Shown: in pieces, positions 29,802 through 39,851 of the stretch
Position numbering within the stretch: the stretch's first letter is position 1
Layout: every line of letters starts with the position of its first letter
Assembly (NCBI GenBank): GCA_963555815.3
Contig: CAUVWX020000002.1
Location: forward strand, 288,001 to 352,000
Origin: a bacterium
GTDB taxonomy: Bacteria > UBA8248 > JACPRG01 > G963555815
Direction: 5' to 3'
DNA length: 64,000 bases
Notes under the pieces: model-generated
Told to the model about the DNA's origin: nothing
What the model saw: only the letters and a program-made list of their open reading frames with translations
Database searches by the model: none
Position numbers and translations under genes: made by a program

Positions 29802-30071
29802 ATGGGCCTAGCGAAAGATGTAAAGGCATCCGTTAAAGAAGAATTCCGCCGGCACGAGGCGGACACCGGGTCCCCGGAGGTCCAGGTGGCCCTCTTGAGC
29901 CAGCGGGTTACTTATCTGACGGAACACTTAAAGCAACACATGAAGGACTTTAGCTCGCGAAGAGGTCTTTTAAAGGTTGTGGGTCGGCGGCGCCGGTTGC
30001 TGGACTACTTGAAGGGGAAGGACGTAGAGCGCTACCGAAATATTATCGAACGGTTGAAGCTTCGCCGTTAG
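29802..30071 (+). CDS. rpsO: 30S ribosomal protein S15
   Basis: '[12 protein letters not shown]', '[16 protein letters not shown]'. Confidence 0.98.
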   Translation: MGLAKDVKASVKEEFRRHEADTGSPEVQVALLSQRVTYLTEHLKQHMKDFSSRRGLLKVVGRRRRLLDYLKGKDVERYRNIIERLKLRR

Positions 30072-30089
30072 AGGAGGGTAAGAAAGTTT

Positions 30090-32189
30090 ATGTATCACAA
30101 GGTGGATGAAGAAATTGGAGGAAGAAAGCTTACCCTTGAGTCCGGGGAGATGGCGAAGCAGGCTGATGGGGCTGTCGTAGTCACGTACGGGGATACTGTG
30201 ATCATCGCCGCCGCTGTCTCCGGGGGTATTCGAGAGGGGATTGATTTCTTCCCCCTCACGATCGACTACCGGGAGAAGTTCTACGCCGGCGGTAAGATCC
30301 CCGGCGGCTTCTTCAAGCGTGAGGGGAGGCCCACAGAGAAGGAGACCGTGACCTGCCGACTCATCGACCGCCCCCTGAGACCCCTTTTCCCCCCGGGTTT
30401 CAAGGAAGACACCCAGGTTATAAGCATGGCCCTGTCGGCCGATATCGCCAACGACCCGGACATCTTGGCCGTCATCGGCTCCTCGGCGGCCTTGACCGTC
30501 TCCGATATCCCCTTCCTGGGGCCGGTGGGAGCGGTCCGAATGGGCCGCGTGGGGGGGAATCTCATCCTCAACCCCACCATTGCCGAACTCCAGGATTCAG
30601 ATCTCAACATGGCCCTGGCCGGCAGCGAGGATTCCATCGTGATGGTGGAGGGGGGAGGGGAGGAGATCCCCGAGGAGGTCCTCCTTGAGGCCTTCGAGGA
30701 AGGGCACAAGGCCATCCAGAAGATTGTCCGCATGCAACAGACGCTCCAGCAGGCGATCGGCAGGCCCAAGCGGGAGTTCGATTCCCCGGAACATGATCCA
30801 GAGCTTGCTGAGCGTCTCAGGGCGCACGTAGGTGAACAGATGGTCGAGGCCATCCTGATCAAGGAGAAACACGAGCGCAAGGCGCGGATGAAAACCCTCC
30901 GGCAGGAGGTCTTCGACAGCTTGGGCGGGGATTCCGAGGACCTCACGAAAAAGCTCAAGGGCCTCTTTGAGGATCTGGAGAACCAGGAGCTCCGCCGTCT
31001 CATTATCGAGCGGGGGCTCCGAGCCGACGGTCGGGGCCTCAAGGATATCCGTTCCATCACAAGCCGTGTTTCCGCTCTCCCGAGAACACACGGATCTGCC
31101 CTTTTCACCCGAGGCGAGACACAGGCCCTTGTGACCGTGACCCTGGGGACCTCGCAAGATGAACAGCGCCTGGATAACCTAGAGACACGGGACTTCCACA
31201 AAACCTTCATGCTTCACTATAACTTTCCCCCCTTCTGTACGGGAGAGACTAAGCCTATTCGGGGACCCGGTCGCCGAGAGATCGGGCACGGTGCCTTGGC
31301 GGAACGCGCCCTTCGCCCCGTCCTCCCCCCCCACGATGAGTTCCCCTACACCATTCGGATTGTGTCGGAGATCCTGGAATCTAACGGCTCTTCCTCCATG
31401 GCGACGGTGTGCGGGGGGAGCCTCGCCCTGATGGATGCAGGGGCTCCCATCCGGTCGGCAGTGGCGGGGATCGCCATGGGGCTCATCCAGGAGGAAGGAC
31501 GCGCCTTCATCCTGACCGACATCCTGGGGCAGGAGGATCACCTTGGGGACATGGACTTCAAGGTGGCCGGGACCCGCAAGGGTGTCACAGGCATCCAGAT
31601 GGACATCAAGATTCAGGGCCTCAACCTTGAGGTCATGCGAGAGGCCCTCGCCCAAGCCCGTGAGGCGAGATTGTTTGTTCTCGACCGGATGGACGAAGTC
31701 CTCACCGAGCCCCGCGCTAACCTTTCGGCCTATGCCCCACGCATCCTCACCGTGAGGGTACGGCCTGATAAAGTCCGGGATGTCATTGGCCCCGGGGGCA
31801 AGATGGTGCGGAGTATCGTCGAGAGGACCGGGGTCTCCATCGACATCGAGGACGACGGCAGCATCACAATTGCCTCTGTCGACGAGAGCGCCGCCCAGGC
31901 CGCTGTGGCCATCATCCAGGATCTGACCCAAGAGGCCGAGATCGGTAAGATCTACCATGGGACGGTGAAGAAGATCATGGATTTCGGTGCCTTTGTTGAA
32001 ATCTTCCCAGGCACCGATGGCCTCGTCCACATCTCCCAACTCGCACCGGGGCGGGTCAACAAGGTGACCGACGTTCTTAACGAGGGGGATGAGGTCATGG
32101 TGAAAGTCCTTGAGGTCGACCGCCAGGGGAAGATCCGGCTTAGTCGAAAGGATGCCCTCTCGGCTCAAGATCAGCTGACAAAATCCTAG
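30090..32189 (+). CDS. pnp: Polyribonucleotide nucleotidyltransferase (PNPase)
   Basis: '[12 protein letters not shown]', 'FTRGETQ', 'RREIGHG', 'GDMDFKVAG'; KH and S1 domains. Confidence 0.98.
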   Translation: MYHKVDEEIGGRKLTLESGEMAKQADGAVVVTYGDTVIIAAAVSGGIREGIDFFPLTIDYREKFYAGGKIPGGFFKREGRPTEKETVTCRLIDRPLRPLFPPGFKEDTQVISMALSADIANDPDILAVIGSSAALTVSDIPFLGPVGAVRMGRVGGNLILNPTIAELQDSDLNMALAGSEDSIVMVEGGGEEIPEEVLLEAFEEGHKAIQKIVRMQQTLQQAIGRPKREFDSPEHDPELAERLRAHVGEQMVEAILIKEKHERKARMKTLRQEVFDSLGGDSEDLTKKLKGLFEDLENQELRRLIIERGLRADGRGLKDIRSITSRVSALPRTHGSALFTRGETQALVTVTLGTSQDEQRLDNLETRDFHKTFMLHYNFPPFCTGETKPIRGPGRREIGHGALAERALRPVLPPHDEFPYTIRIVSEILESNGSSSMATVCGGSLALMDAGAPIRSAVAGIAMGLIQEEGRAFILTDILGQEDHLGDMDFKVAGTRKGVTGIQMDIKIQGLNLEVMREALAQAREARLFVLDRMDEVLTEPRANLSAYAPRILTVRVRPDKVRDVIGPGGKMVRSIVERTGVSIDIEDDGSITIASVDESAAQAAVAIIQDLTQEAEIGKIYHGTVKKIMDFGAFVEIFPGTDGLVHISQLAPGRVNKVTDVLNEGDEVMVKVLEVDRQGKIRLSRKDALSAQDQLTKS

Positions 32190-32223
32190 CCGCCCATTTC
32201 ATCCGGGTAGGATCAAAAGAAAT

Positions 32224-32263
32224 AAGGTGGTTGAGGGAATATTTTCCCTTGGCCACCTTTTTT
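32224..32263 (+). terminator. Intrinsic terminator after pnp
   Basis: 16-bp stem AAGGTGGTTGAGGGAA / TTCCCTTGGCCACCTT (three G-U pairs) followed by a T run. Confidence 0.8.
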
Positions 32264-32405
32264 AGTTTGTAGTGCCAGTGGTTTCCTGTGGGGAGAAGTT
32301 TCGGTTGAGTTTTTCGGGGTTAGCCAGCAAAATAATAAAATCAAAGGGTTTCAGGGCAAACCTGAGTTTTAGGGATCCTGAAGTGAATCGGTTCCTTTTT
32401 AGGGG

Positions 32406-33551
32406 ATGCCGCCCACTCTGATGAGAGCCTTTTGCAGGATTTGCTTGGTGGCGATCGCTTTCGTTTTGCTCTTTTTTGTCCCCTCCCTTTTATCTGCCCA
32501 ATCGGTCCTGGATTTGATGCTTCGTGGCCAGCGGCTTAATTTTCAGGGCCGCCACGAAGAGGCCGTTCCACTCCTGAAACAGGCCCTGGGCCTCAATCCC
32601 GATCACCTCTTTGCCCGAAGCCAACTCGCCCTGGCCTACGCCAAGCTGGAGCGGAGGGGCGAGGCCGTCACAGAGTTTCGAGAAATCCTCAGGCGGGACC
32701 CTGAGGACTTTTTTGCCCGGACCTGGATCGGGATCCTCACCGAGCGGCCTCTGGAGAAGAAGCCCGAGGCCCCGCGCGAACTCTCACCCCTGCAGAGGGC
32801 GGCCATTGAGGAGGAGCGCCTGCTTCTGAGTCGACTCGAGGGAGGGGAGGGGCTTCTTCGCCTTCAGATAAATCGCGTGGTCATCGACGCCGGCCACGGG
32901 GGACAGGATGCGGGGGCGGTGGGCCCCTCGGGCTACGCCGAGAAAGAGGCCACGCTGGACATCTCCCGGCGACTCAAGGCCCTGTTGGATTCTCGGACCA
33001 ACGTGAAGAGCTTCCTTACGCGCGATGGTGACTATTTTCTTCCGCTCAGTGAACGGACCACCGTCGCCAACCAGTATCGAGCCGATATTTTTATGAACAT
33101 CCACATCAACTCCAATGAGAATCGCGCCGCCCATGGAACTCAGACCTTCTTCGCCTCCGAGAAGGCCTCCAGCGCCGAAGCGGCCCGGGTGGCTTCCAAG
33201 GAGAATGCCATCGCCAAGGAGGAAGAGGAGTTCCAACAAAGGCCTGATTTCATCGACATCGAAAACATCCTATTTCAGTTTGAACGAAAGCTCTATTGGT
33301 CCGACAGCAGCGAATTCGCGGAGACGATCCAGGACGGCACGGGGGCCCAATTGGGGCTGAAGGACCGGGGCGTAGCGTCGGCCAACTTCTTCGTCCTTCG
33401 GGACGCCAGGATGCCCTCCATTCTCGTAGAGGTCGCCTTCATCTCAAATGAGCAGGAGGAGAGACTGCTGCGTCAGCCCTCTTTCAGGCAGAAGGTGGCC
33501 GAAACCCTCCTTTCGCAGATCCAGGGCTATCGCAGGGTGAGCCAGCAATGA
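32406..33551 (+). CDS. Exported TPR-domain N-acetylmuramoyl-L-alanine amidase (Amidase_3)
   Basis: Signal peptide, two TPR-like repeats, then 'IDAGHGG', 'AEKE', 'NIHINS', 'LVEVAFISN'; Zn ligands and catalytic Glu intact. Confidence 0.9.
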   Translation: MPPTLMRAFCRICLVAIAFVLLFFVPSLLSAQSVLDLMLRGQRLNFQGRHEEAVPLLKQALGLNPDHLFARSQLALAYAKLERRGEAVTEFREILRRDPEDFFARTWIGILTERPLEKKPEAPRELSPLQRAAIEEERLLLSRLEGGEGLLRLQINRVVIDAGHGGQDAGAVGPSGYAEKEATLDISRRLKALLDSRTNVKSFLTRDGDYFLPLSERTTVANQYRADIFMNIHINSNENRAAHGTQTFFASEKASSAEAARVASKENAIAKEEEEFQQRPDFIDIENILFQFERKLYWSDSSEFAETIQDGTGAQLGLKDRGVASANFFVLRDARMPSILVEVAFISNEQEERLLRQPSFRQKVAETLLSQIQGYRRVSQQ

Positions 33552-34403
33552 AGACTCTACAGGGGGGCACAAGAGCGCTCTTCGTCCTGGGGGGGGCTTT
33601 TCCTCTTGACAGGTGTCGCCTTCGCCCAGGGGGGAGGGCCTCTCGTTTTTGAGGCGGCACGGGAACATTTCAAGGGAAATCTCCCAAGGGCCCTCGAACT
33701 TTTCCAGGAGGTGGCCGTCCGGGATCCTCAGAACACCTATGCCCAGAATCAGCTGGGCCTCATCTATGCCAAGCAGGAGCGGCCTCAGGAGGCCCTCCGG
33801 GCCTTTGAACGGGTCAAGACCCAGGACCCCCTGAACACCTTTGCGCGGCTCTGGATAGAGATCCTTCGCCTCAAGCTGGGGCAGATGGGCCAAGCCTTCT
33901 CCGAATTCGAGGAGGTCCTCTCTGTGGACCCGGAAAACGCGGACGCGCACTACTATCTGGGGGCCATCTACAACATCCGGCGAAATCGGCGGGCCGCCAT
34001 CGTGGAGTTGAAGAAGGCCAGAGACGCAAACTCTCAAGAGCCGGACACCCATTTCCGGTTGGCCCAGGCCTTTCATAACGCCGACATGGTGCAAAACGCC
34101 CTCCTAGAATATACTCGTACCATTGAGCTCAACCCCAAGCACACCAAGGCCATGAACAATATGGGGTGGATTCACTACAACCGGGGAGAGAGGGAAGGGG
34201 CGGTGGCCCTTTGGCAAAAAGTCCTTACCCTGAACCCTCAAGATCGAGAGGCGCGAGGAAACCTGGCTAGGGCCTTCAATGACCAGGCAAGAGAATTCGA
34301 TCAGTCTGGGAGGAGGGGGGAGGCCAGGGCTTACTGGCAAAGAACGCTTCAGGTGGATCCGAAGAACAAAGCGGCCAAGTGGAACCTGGCCCATCTGAAT
34401 TGA
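33548..34403 (+). CDS. Exported multi-TPR protein; frameshifted at the G8 run 33589-33596 inside the signal peptide
   Basis: ATG 33548 overlaps the amidase stop (ATGA). Removing one G gives 'MKTLQGGTRALFVLGGLFLLTGVAFAQ', in frame with about 7 TPR-like repeats ('DAHYYLG', 'AMNNMGW', 'NPQD'). Confidence 0.8.
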
Positions 34404-34416
34404 AGGAGGAAAAACG

Positions 34417-35354
34417 ATGAGTTGGGCAAAGATGCGCTGGGCAATATTTCTATCAACAGCGATCCTTCTCTCGGGGGCGGGTTTGAGCTTCGCCCAACCC
34501 CCTGGCTTGGTGGTTGATCCCCTTCACCGGACGATGAAGCTTGAAGGGGGAGATGCCATCATTGACTGGAGGGAGGGCTACATCCAGGTGACGGCCATCG
34601 GGGTTGCCGACCCCGCGCTGGTCGTCAATCGCAGCCACGAGCGAATATTGGCCACGAAAACGGCGCGTCTTCGGGCCTATGAAAAGCTTGGGGAGATCCT
34701 GAATGGAGTCACCGTTGATTCTCAAGGCATCCTTGGTGAGGAGCTCCTGAGAAGCAGCACACTCGCTTCCTCTATGACGGCCACCATCAGAAATGCCCAG
34801 ATCATCGAAGAGCATCTGAGATTAATCCCGAGGATGGCTCCATCATGGGATTCGTCACCGTAGCGGTCCTGACGCGGAACCTCAACCGGCCCATCGTTGA
34901 GCACATCCTCACCACGAGGCCGCCTCCAGCCCCTGAGAGGATCTATGTCCTTCCCCCCCCCGACTCCGGTCGAGACAGCGCCGACTCCTGCCCCTACCCC
35001 GACTGGGCCGGTCCCCACGGGCCTCATCGTGGATGCGTCGGGTCTCGGGGGAGATGCATCCATCGCCATCTCGCTTCTGACTCACCCTGATCGTAAGGTG
35101 GTCTACGGTCCCAACCTGGTGGACCGGGAGGTGGCGTTTAACATCGGTCTTGCGCAGTACCACGGAAGCGTAGAAGCCGCCTAGCAGGAAATCGAGCTTT
35201 TGGGGGACAACCCCATGATTGTGCGGGCAGTGAGCGTAGAGGGGAAAAATCGGGCGGATTACCTCATCTCGAAGGAGGATGCCCAGCGGGTGAAACTGGC
35301 CGACCTGGACGGGGGGTTCCTCCGGCAGTGCAAGGTCGGGTCATCCTGAATTAA
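34417..35354 (+). pseudogene. LPP20-like exported protein with a Pro/Thr linker, carrying four lesions (pseudogene or sequence errors)
   Basis: 'IDWREGYIQVTAIG...ARLRAYEKLGE...GVTVDS', 'TGLIVDASGL', 'GDNPMIVRA...ADYLIS'. Apparent lesions: -1 near 34818, +1 at C9 34953-34961, in-frame TAG 35182-35184, -1 near 35340. Confidence 0.65.
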
Positions 35355-35375
35355 GGACCCAACGGGAGGGGAGGG

Positions 35376-36536
35376 GTGACACGGGTTCGGCCACCCTTGA
35401 AGAAAACTACCTGCGCATTCTGTAGATTGGGCAAGGGAGGGGTCTTTCTCTTCCTCGCGCTGCTTCTTGGGTCCCCGGGAGGGGTGGCGGCTCAGGAGAA
35501 TGAGACCCAGCGTGTCCGGGCGGCCGGGATCGGAAGCATCATCGACCAGGACGTGGCCCAGGCCCGAGACCAAGCCATCGCCGATGCCCGGGTAAAGGCC
35601 CTGGAAAAGGCCGTCGGGGTCTACGTCGAATCAGAGACCCTTCTGAAGAACGAGCTCCTTCTCGATTCGGCCATCCGGGACCAGACAGCCGGCTTCATCC
35701 AGGATTACCAGGTTCTATCGGAGACCGAACACCAGGACGAAGACCTCTATAAGCTCGAGATCGAGGCTCAGGTCGTCCCGAGGGAGTTCCAGGGCAAGCT
35801 CAAGGGCCTTTTGAGCAATGTCTCCATCATTGTCCAGATTCAAGAAACGCTGTGTCAGCGGGCCGTGGATGCCCCGCGCGTGGAAAATGAGGTCATCAAC
35901 CGCCTGACGGCAGAGGGCTTTCAGGTTCTGGACCAGGAGCAGGCCCGACGCCTCAACCGCCGTGACGTGGAGCTCGTGGCCCTCCATGGAGACCGTGAGG
36001 CCGCCGCCCGGATGGGCCTAAAATTCCTTTCCAATATTATTGTTTCCGGGGTTGCCGAGGCCCACTTTGGGCAGGAGACGAGCGGGATTGTCTCTCCACG
36101 GATTGAGGGCTTCGTCCGCGTGATTGAGGCCGACACAGCCCGGATCTTGGCCAATCAGCGGATGCCCTCCCGGGTCCCAGGCGCTTTTGGCCTGAATTGT
36201 GAGGACGCAGGCGGAAAGGCGCTGGATAAGCTTGCATTGGACACAGCAGAGGTTATCCTGGAAAAGCTCAAGGAACATTTTAGGGAGAACCAACGCCGCA
36301 TCACGCTTGAAGCCACTGGACTGAAAAACCTCAATGACTTTCGAAGGCTGAAGGCGTTCCTGGGGGAGCTTCGTTGGGTGAGCGAGGTGGAGGAGGGGAT
36401 CTTTCAGGGCCCCACGGGCCGTGTCCCCCTAATATATCCTGAAAAAATCGTCTATCTGGCGACCAGTCTAAACCGAAGGCCCGAGTATAAGCTCATCTCC
36501 TTCGACGAAAACAGCATCTTCCTAAGGGTCCAATAA
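35376..36536 (+). CDS. Exported protein with a FlgT N-terminal-like domain
   Basis: Signal peptide; 'AAGIG...ARDQAIADA...ALEKAVGVYVESET...GFIQDYQVLSE' resembles FlgT_N, followed by an alpha/beta domain. Confidence 0.6.
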   Translation: MTRVRPPLKKTTCAFCRLGKGGVFLFLALLLGSPGGVAAQENETQRVRAAGIGSIIDQDVAQARDQAIADARVKALEKAVGVYVESETLLKNELLLDSAIRDQTAGFIQDYQVLSETEHQDEDLYKLEIEAQVVPREFQGKLKGLLSNVSIIVQIQETLCQRAVDAPRVENEVINRLTAEGFQVLDQEQARRLNRRDVELVALHGDREAAARMGLKFLSNIIVSGVAEAHFGQETSGIVSPRIEGFVRVIEADTARILANQRMPSRVPGAFGLNCEDAGGKALDKLALDTAEVILEKLKEHFRENQRRITLEATGLKNLNDFRRLKAFLGELRWVSEVEEGIFQGPTGRVPLIYPEKIVYLATSLNRRPEYKLISFDENSIFLRVQ

Positions 36537-36593
36537 GGAGCCTTCCCCATCCCCTGTTTTCAATCCAGGGGTTAGAGGGGCTGAATACACGCC

Positions 36594-38157
36594 ATGCGTC
36601 GCCTCGCCTTTCCCGTCTTATTTCTTGCCTTTCTGCTGCCGACCCCTTTAAGGGCTGAGGAGGCCCACAGGGAGCTTCGCCCAGTTCTGCGGATGGTCGA
36701 AGGGGGCCAGTATCTGGAAGCTGTGGGCCTCTTGAAGGAAGTGATCGAGGTCGCCCGGGACCCTCTTCTTAGGGCTCAAGGCCTGAAGGTCGAGGGAGAC
36801 ATCCTGAGCTACTGGCTGGACCAGCCCCAGGCCGCCCTGAAGGCCTATCAGGGGGCCTTGCAGGGGGACCTCCTTGAAGAGGACCGGGCGGCCGCCCTCT
36901 TCAACTTGGCGATGATCCATTATCAGAGCCGTCGCTACCGGGAAGCCGAGACCGCCTTCCAGGGTTACCTCTCCGAATTTCCCTCCCACCTGAGGACCCA
37001 AACCGCCCGTTTTCTCCTCGGCCGGGCTCAGCGCCGGGCCAAGGAGCCTCCCAAAGCGCTCCCCCCCCTCTCTGAGACCAAGCCCAGCGCCCCCCAGGAC
37101 AGGCCCGAGCAGGAGATCGTGGTGGCCGTCCTGAAGGGAGTCCCTTCTGCCACTATCGAGGCCGAGGCGGAAATCCTCCTTCGTCTGCCTCAAGGCGGAG
37201 AGAGGGTTTTTAGAAGCCCCCTTAGGGTCACGCTGAGGGAGGGGGAGATCCGGGTTGGGGGGCAATCTGTGCCAGATGGGGCAGAGGTGGAATCCCGCGC
37301 GGGAAGGCTAAAACTCGAGGGGAAGTCCTATCGCGGGGTGCTCATCCTTGGGAGAGGGAAGGGGGGGCCTCCTCGTTCTGAACCGTCTTGGGGTGGATGC
37401 CTATGTGAAGGGTGTGGTCCCGAAAGAAATGTTGGCAAGCTGGCCCTTAGAGGCTCTTAAAGCTCAGGCGGTTGCCGCTCGCACCTACGTCCTCTATCAG
37501 GTGGGAAAACGCCGAGACCAGAGCTACCACGTCGACGCGACCGTGCGCTCTCAGGTTTATGGGGGGGCAGAGGCGGAGCGGGAGGTCTCGAGCCGGGCTG
37601 TGGAGGAGACGCGGGGAGAGGTCCTCACTTATGAGGGGAAGCCCATCATCGCTTATTTCCACGCCCATAGCGGTGGCTTTACAGAAGATGCGGGCTCCGT
37701 GTGGGGAGTCAGCCTGCCCTATCTTCAGGCGGTCCGAGACCCCTACAGCATCGAGGCAGGGGAACAACAGTGGGAGCACGCCATTGCTCTCTCTGACCTC
37801 TCGGCTCTTGTTCAACAGGGGAGGGGGGGGATCGGGACGGTGCAAGACGTTTTGTCTGTTGAGCGAAGTGCCTCCGGGCGAATTGAATCTGTCCGCTTGG
37901 TGGGCGTGCAGGGGGACAACCGTTTGAGCGGCAACAGCTTTCGCCTGAAAGTGGGGGCCGGGAAGATGCGAAGTACGTTGGCGAACTTCCGCCTTTCGGG
38001 GCAAAACCTTCGCGTGTCAGGTCAAGGCTTTGGTCACGGTGTTGGGATGAGCCAGTGGGGCGCTTATGCCATGTCTAAAAGAGGGATGAGTTACCGCGAG
38101 ATCCTGTCCTTCTATTATCCGGGGGCGGTCCTTGAACGTTTTTCCTCTGAGCCTTAG
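36594..38157 (+). CDS. TPR + SpoIID/LytB lytic transglycosylase; frameshifted at the G7 run 37361-37367
   Basis: Signal peptide, TPR ('ALFNLAMIHY...YREA'), 'YRG', then in the +1 frame 'YVKGVVPKEM..SWPLEALKAQAVAARTY', 'QVYGG', 'GFGHGVGMSQWGA', 'YYPG'. Removing one G fuses the parts. Confidence 0.88.
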
Positions 38158-38216
38158 CCCTCCGCACAGATACGCGTTCCCGGCACAGTTGTTTTTTCCT
38201 CAGGCTCGTTGAGGAT

Positions 38217-38245
38217 CTGCCACTACCGCCCGTCAGGTGTATAAT
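38217..38245 (+). promoter_or_regulatory. Putative sigma70 promoter for the PHP gene
   Basis: Perfect TATAAT at 38240-38245 with CTGCCA 17 bp upstream. Confidence 0.45.
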
Positions 38246-38298
38246 GGCGCCCCACACGGGTAGATTGGCGGATTTCCTTGCGAGGAAAGAGACATCCT

Positions 38299-38949
38299 TT
38301 GATCGATCTTCATACCCACAGCCTTTTCAGCGATGGGGTTCTCGTTCCCTCGGAACTCCTTTGGCGGGCGGAGGCCAAGGGGATTGAGGCTCTTGCCATC
38401 ACCGACCACGTGGACGCCTCCAACGTCGACTTCGTTGTCCCCCGGCTGGCCCAGGTCTGCCAGGACGTGGCCGCTCACCTTTCCGTTCGACCTATCCCGG
38501 GCGCTGAGATTACCCATGCCCCACCGGCCACCATTGCGGGCCTGGTGAAGCGGGCCCGAAAGCTGGGGGCAAAGATCGTGACGGTCCACGGCGAGACCAT
38601 CACCGAGCCTGTCCGCGAGGGAACCAACCGGGCCGCCCTCATGTCCGAGATCGACTTTCTGGCCCATCCGGGCCTCATCACCCTCGAGGAGGTGAAACTC
38701 GCCCTCGAGCGGGGCATCCTGCTCGAGATCACAAGCCGCCGGGGCCACAGCCTCACCAATGGCCATGTGGCCCAGCTGGCCCGCGAGGCGGGGGTGGGTC
38801 TCATCGTCAACACTGATACCCATGGGCCCGGAGACCTCCTGGACGACCCCTCCGCCCGGGAGGTAGCCCTTGGGGCGGGGCTCTCCGAGGCCGAAGTGGC
38901 GGCCGCCTGGGCGCGCTCAAAGAACCTCGTTGCCCGCGCGCACCCCTAA
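38299..38949 (+). CDS. PHP-domain phosphoesterase (histidinol-phosphatase-like)
   Basis: 'DLHTHS..SDG', 'ITDH', 'GAEITH', 'VHGET', 'AHPG', 'NTDTH'. Confidence 0.88.
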   Translation: MIDLHTHSLFSDGVLVPSELLWRAEAKGIEALAITDHVDASNVDFVVPRLAQVCQDVAAHLSVRPIPGAEITHAPPATIAGLVKRARKLGAKIVTVHGETITEPVREGTNRAALMSEIDFLAHPGLITLEEVKLALERGILLEITSRRGHSLTNGHVAQLAREAGVGLIVNTDTHGPGDLLDDPSAREVALGAGLSEAEVAAAWARSKNLVARAHP

Positions 38950-39040
38950 AGGCTCTGCTATCGCTTCAGCAAAATTATGCTAAGATCCTGATTTCATTAC
39001 TGAAATCTCTTATCTGTTTCTTTCAGGAGAGCGGTTGTCG

Positions 39041-39712
39041 ATGCCAAAACGAAGGCTCCCTCAAACCGACGTGAAGTGGCCGGATCAGTTTCTTGTGTAT
39101 TTCGCAAGGCCCTATGAGTACGTTCGGACCCATACAGTCTTTGTGTCGATTCTCCTTGCAGCCGCCTTTGCCGTGGGGGGACTTGTCTGGGGTTATTCCG
39201 CTTTTCTATCGGCGAGAGACCAGCGGGCAGCCGCAGAGATGGCCGTGCTCCTCTCGATTGAGCCTCAGTCATCTCTCTTCCAGGAGTTCCTGGTGGAGCA
39301 CGGGAGCACCTCAAGTGCCCCCTTGGCCTGGCTCTATCTCGCTCACGAACAATATTCAGAAGGGGATTACCATGGGGCCCTCGGGAGCTATGAGCGGGCC
39401 ACCTCGTCGCGCCGGACATCGGACTACCTTGAAGACCAAGCCCTCCTCGGCAGGGCCTATTCCCTTGTGGGCCTGACGCGCTGTGAGGAGGCCGAAGCCC
39501 TGTTCCGCCAGTTTATTGCGCTTTCGGGACCCCTTCCCAAGGATGACGCCCTTCTTGCCATTGGTCGCTGCCACGAGGGGGCTCAAGACTGGGAGACGGC
39601 CCTCTTGCGCTATGAGGAGTTTCTGGAGAGCTATCCCGAGTCCCCCTTTGGGACTGAGCAGCTTCGGAGAACAGTGGAAGGGCTTCGGCAAAGGGTCCTT
39701 TTGGGGAAGTAA
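39041..39712 (+). CDS. Membrane-anchored TPR protein (YfgM-like)
   Basis: Single N-terminal TM followed by TPR-like helices ending 'FLESYPESP'. Confidence 0.7.
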   Translation: MPKRRLPQTDVKWPDQFLVYFARPYEYVRTHTVFVSILLAAAFAVGGLVWGYSAFLSARDQRAAAEMAVLLSIEPQSSLFQEFLVEHGSTSSAPLAWLYLAHEQYSEGDYHGALGSYERATSSRRTSDYLEDQALLGRAYSLVGLTRCEEAEALFRQFIALSGPLPKDDALLAIGRCHEGAQDWETALLRYEEFLESYPESPFGTEQLRRTVEGLRQRVLLGK

Positions 39713-39741
39713 TCCCCTGGGCTATTTTCGGTAATCACGTT

Positions 39742-39769
39742 ACTTCCGATAAGATATATTATGTTAAGT
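39742..39769 (+). other. dif site (XerC/XerD chromosome dimer resolution site)
   Basis: ACTTCCGATAA-GATATA-TTATGTTAAGT: 11-6-11 geometry; XerD arm 10/11 identical to E. coli TTATGTTAAAT; AT-rich intergenic position where gene orientation flips. Confidence 0.92.
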
Positions 39770-39851
39770 TGATATGGGGGCCTGGATGCCGCAGGGCCCA
39801 AAGTGCTTTCGAGCTTTTCTTAAAGTGATTTCGTAGCTTTATATCTGTTAA

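Noticed and set aside
35182..35184. Genome-wide amber recoding or pyrrolysine read-through
   Set aside because: TAG is the normal stop for conserved genes here (ispG, pnp, rpsO, secA), and no pyl genes are visible.
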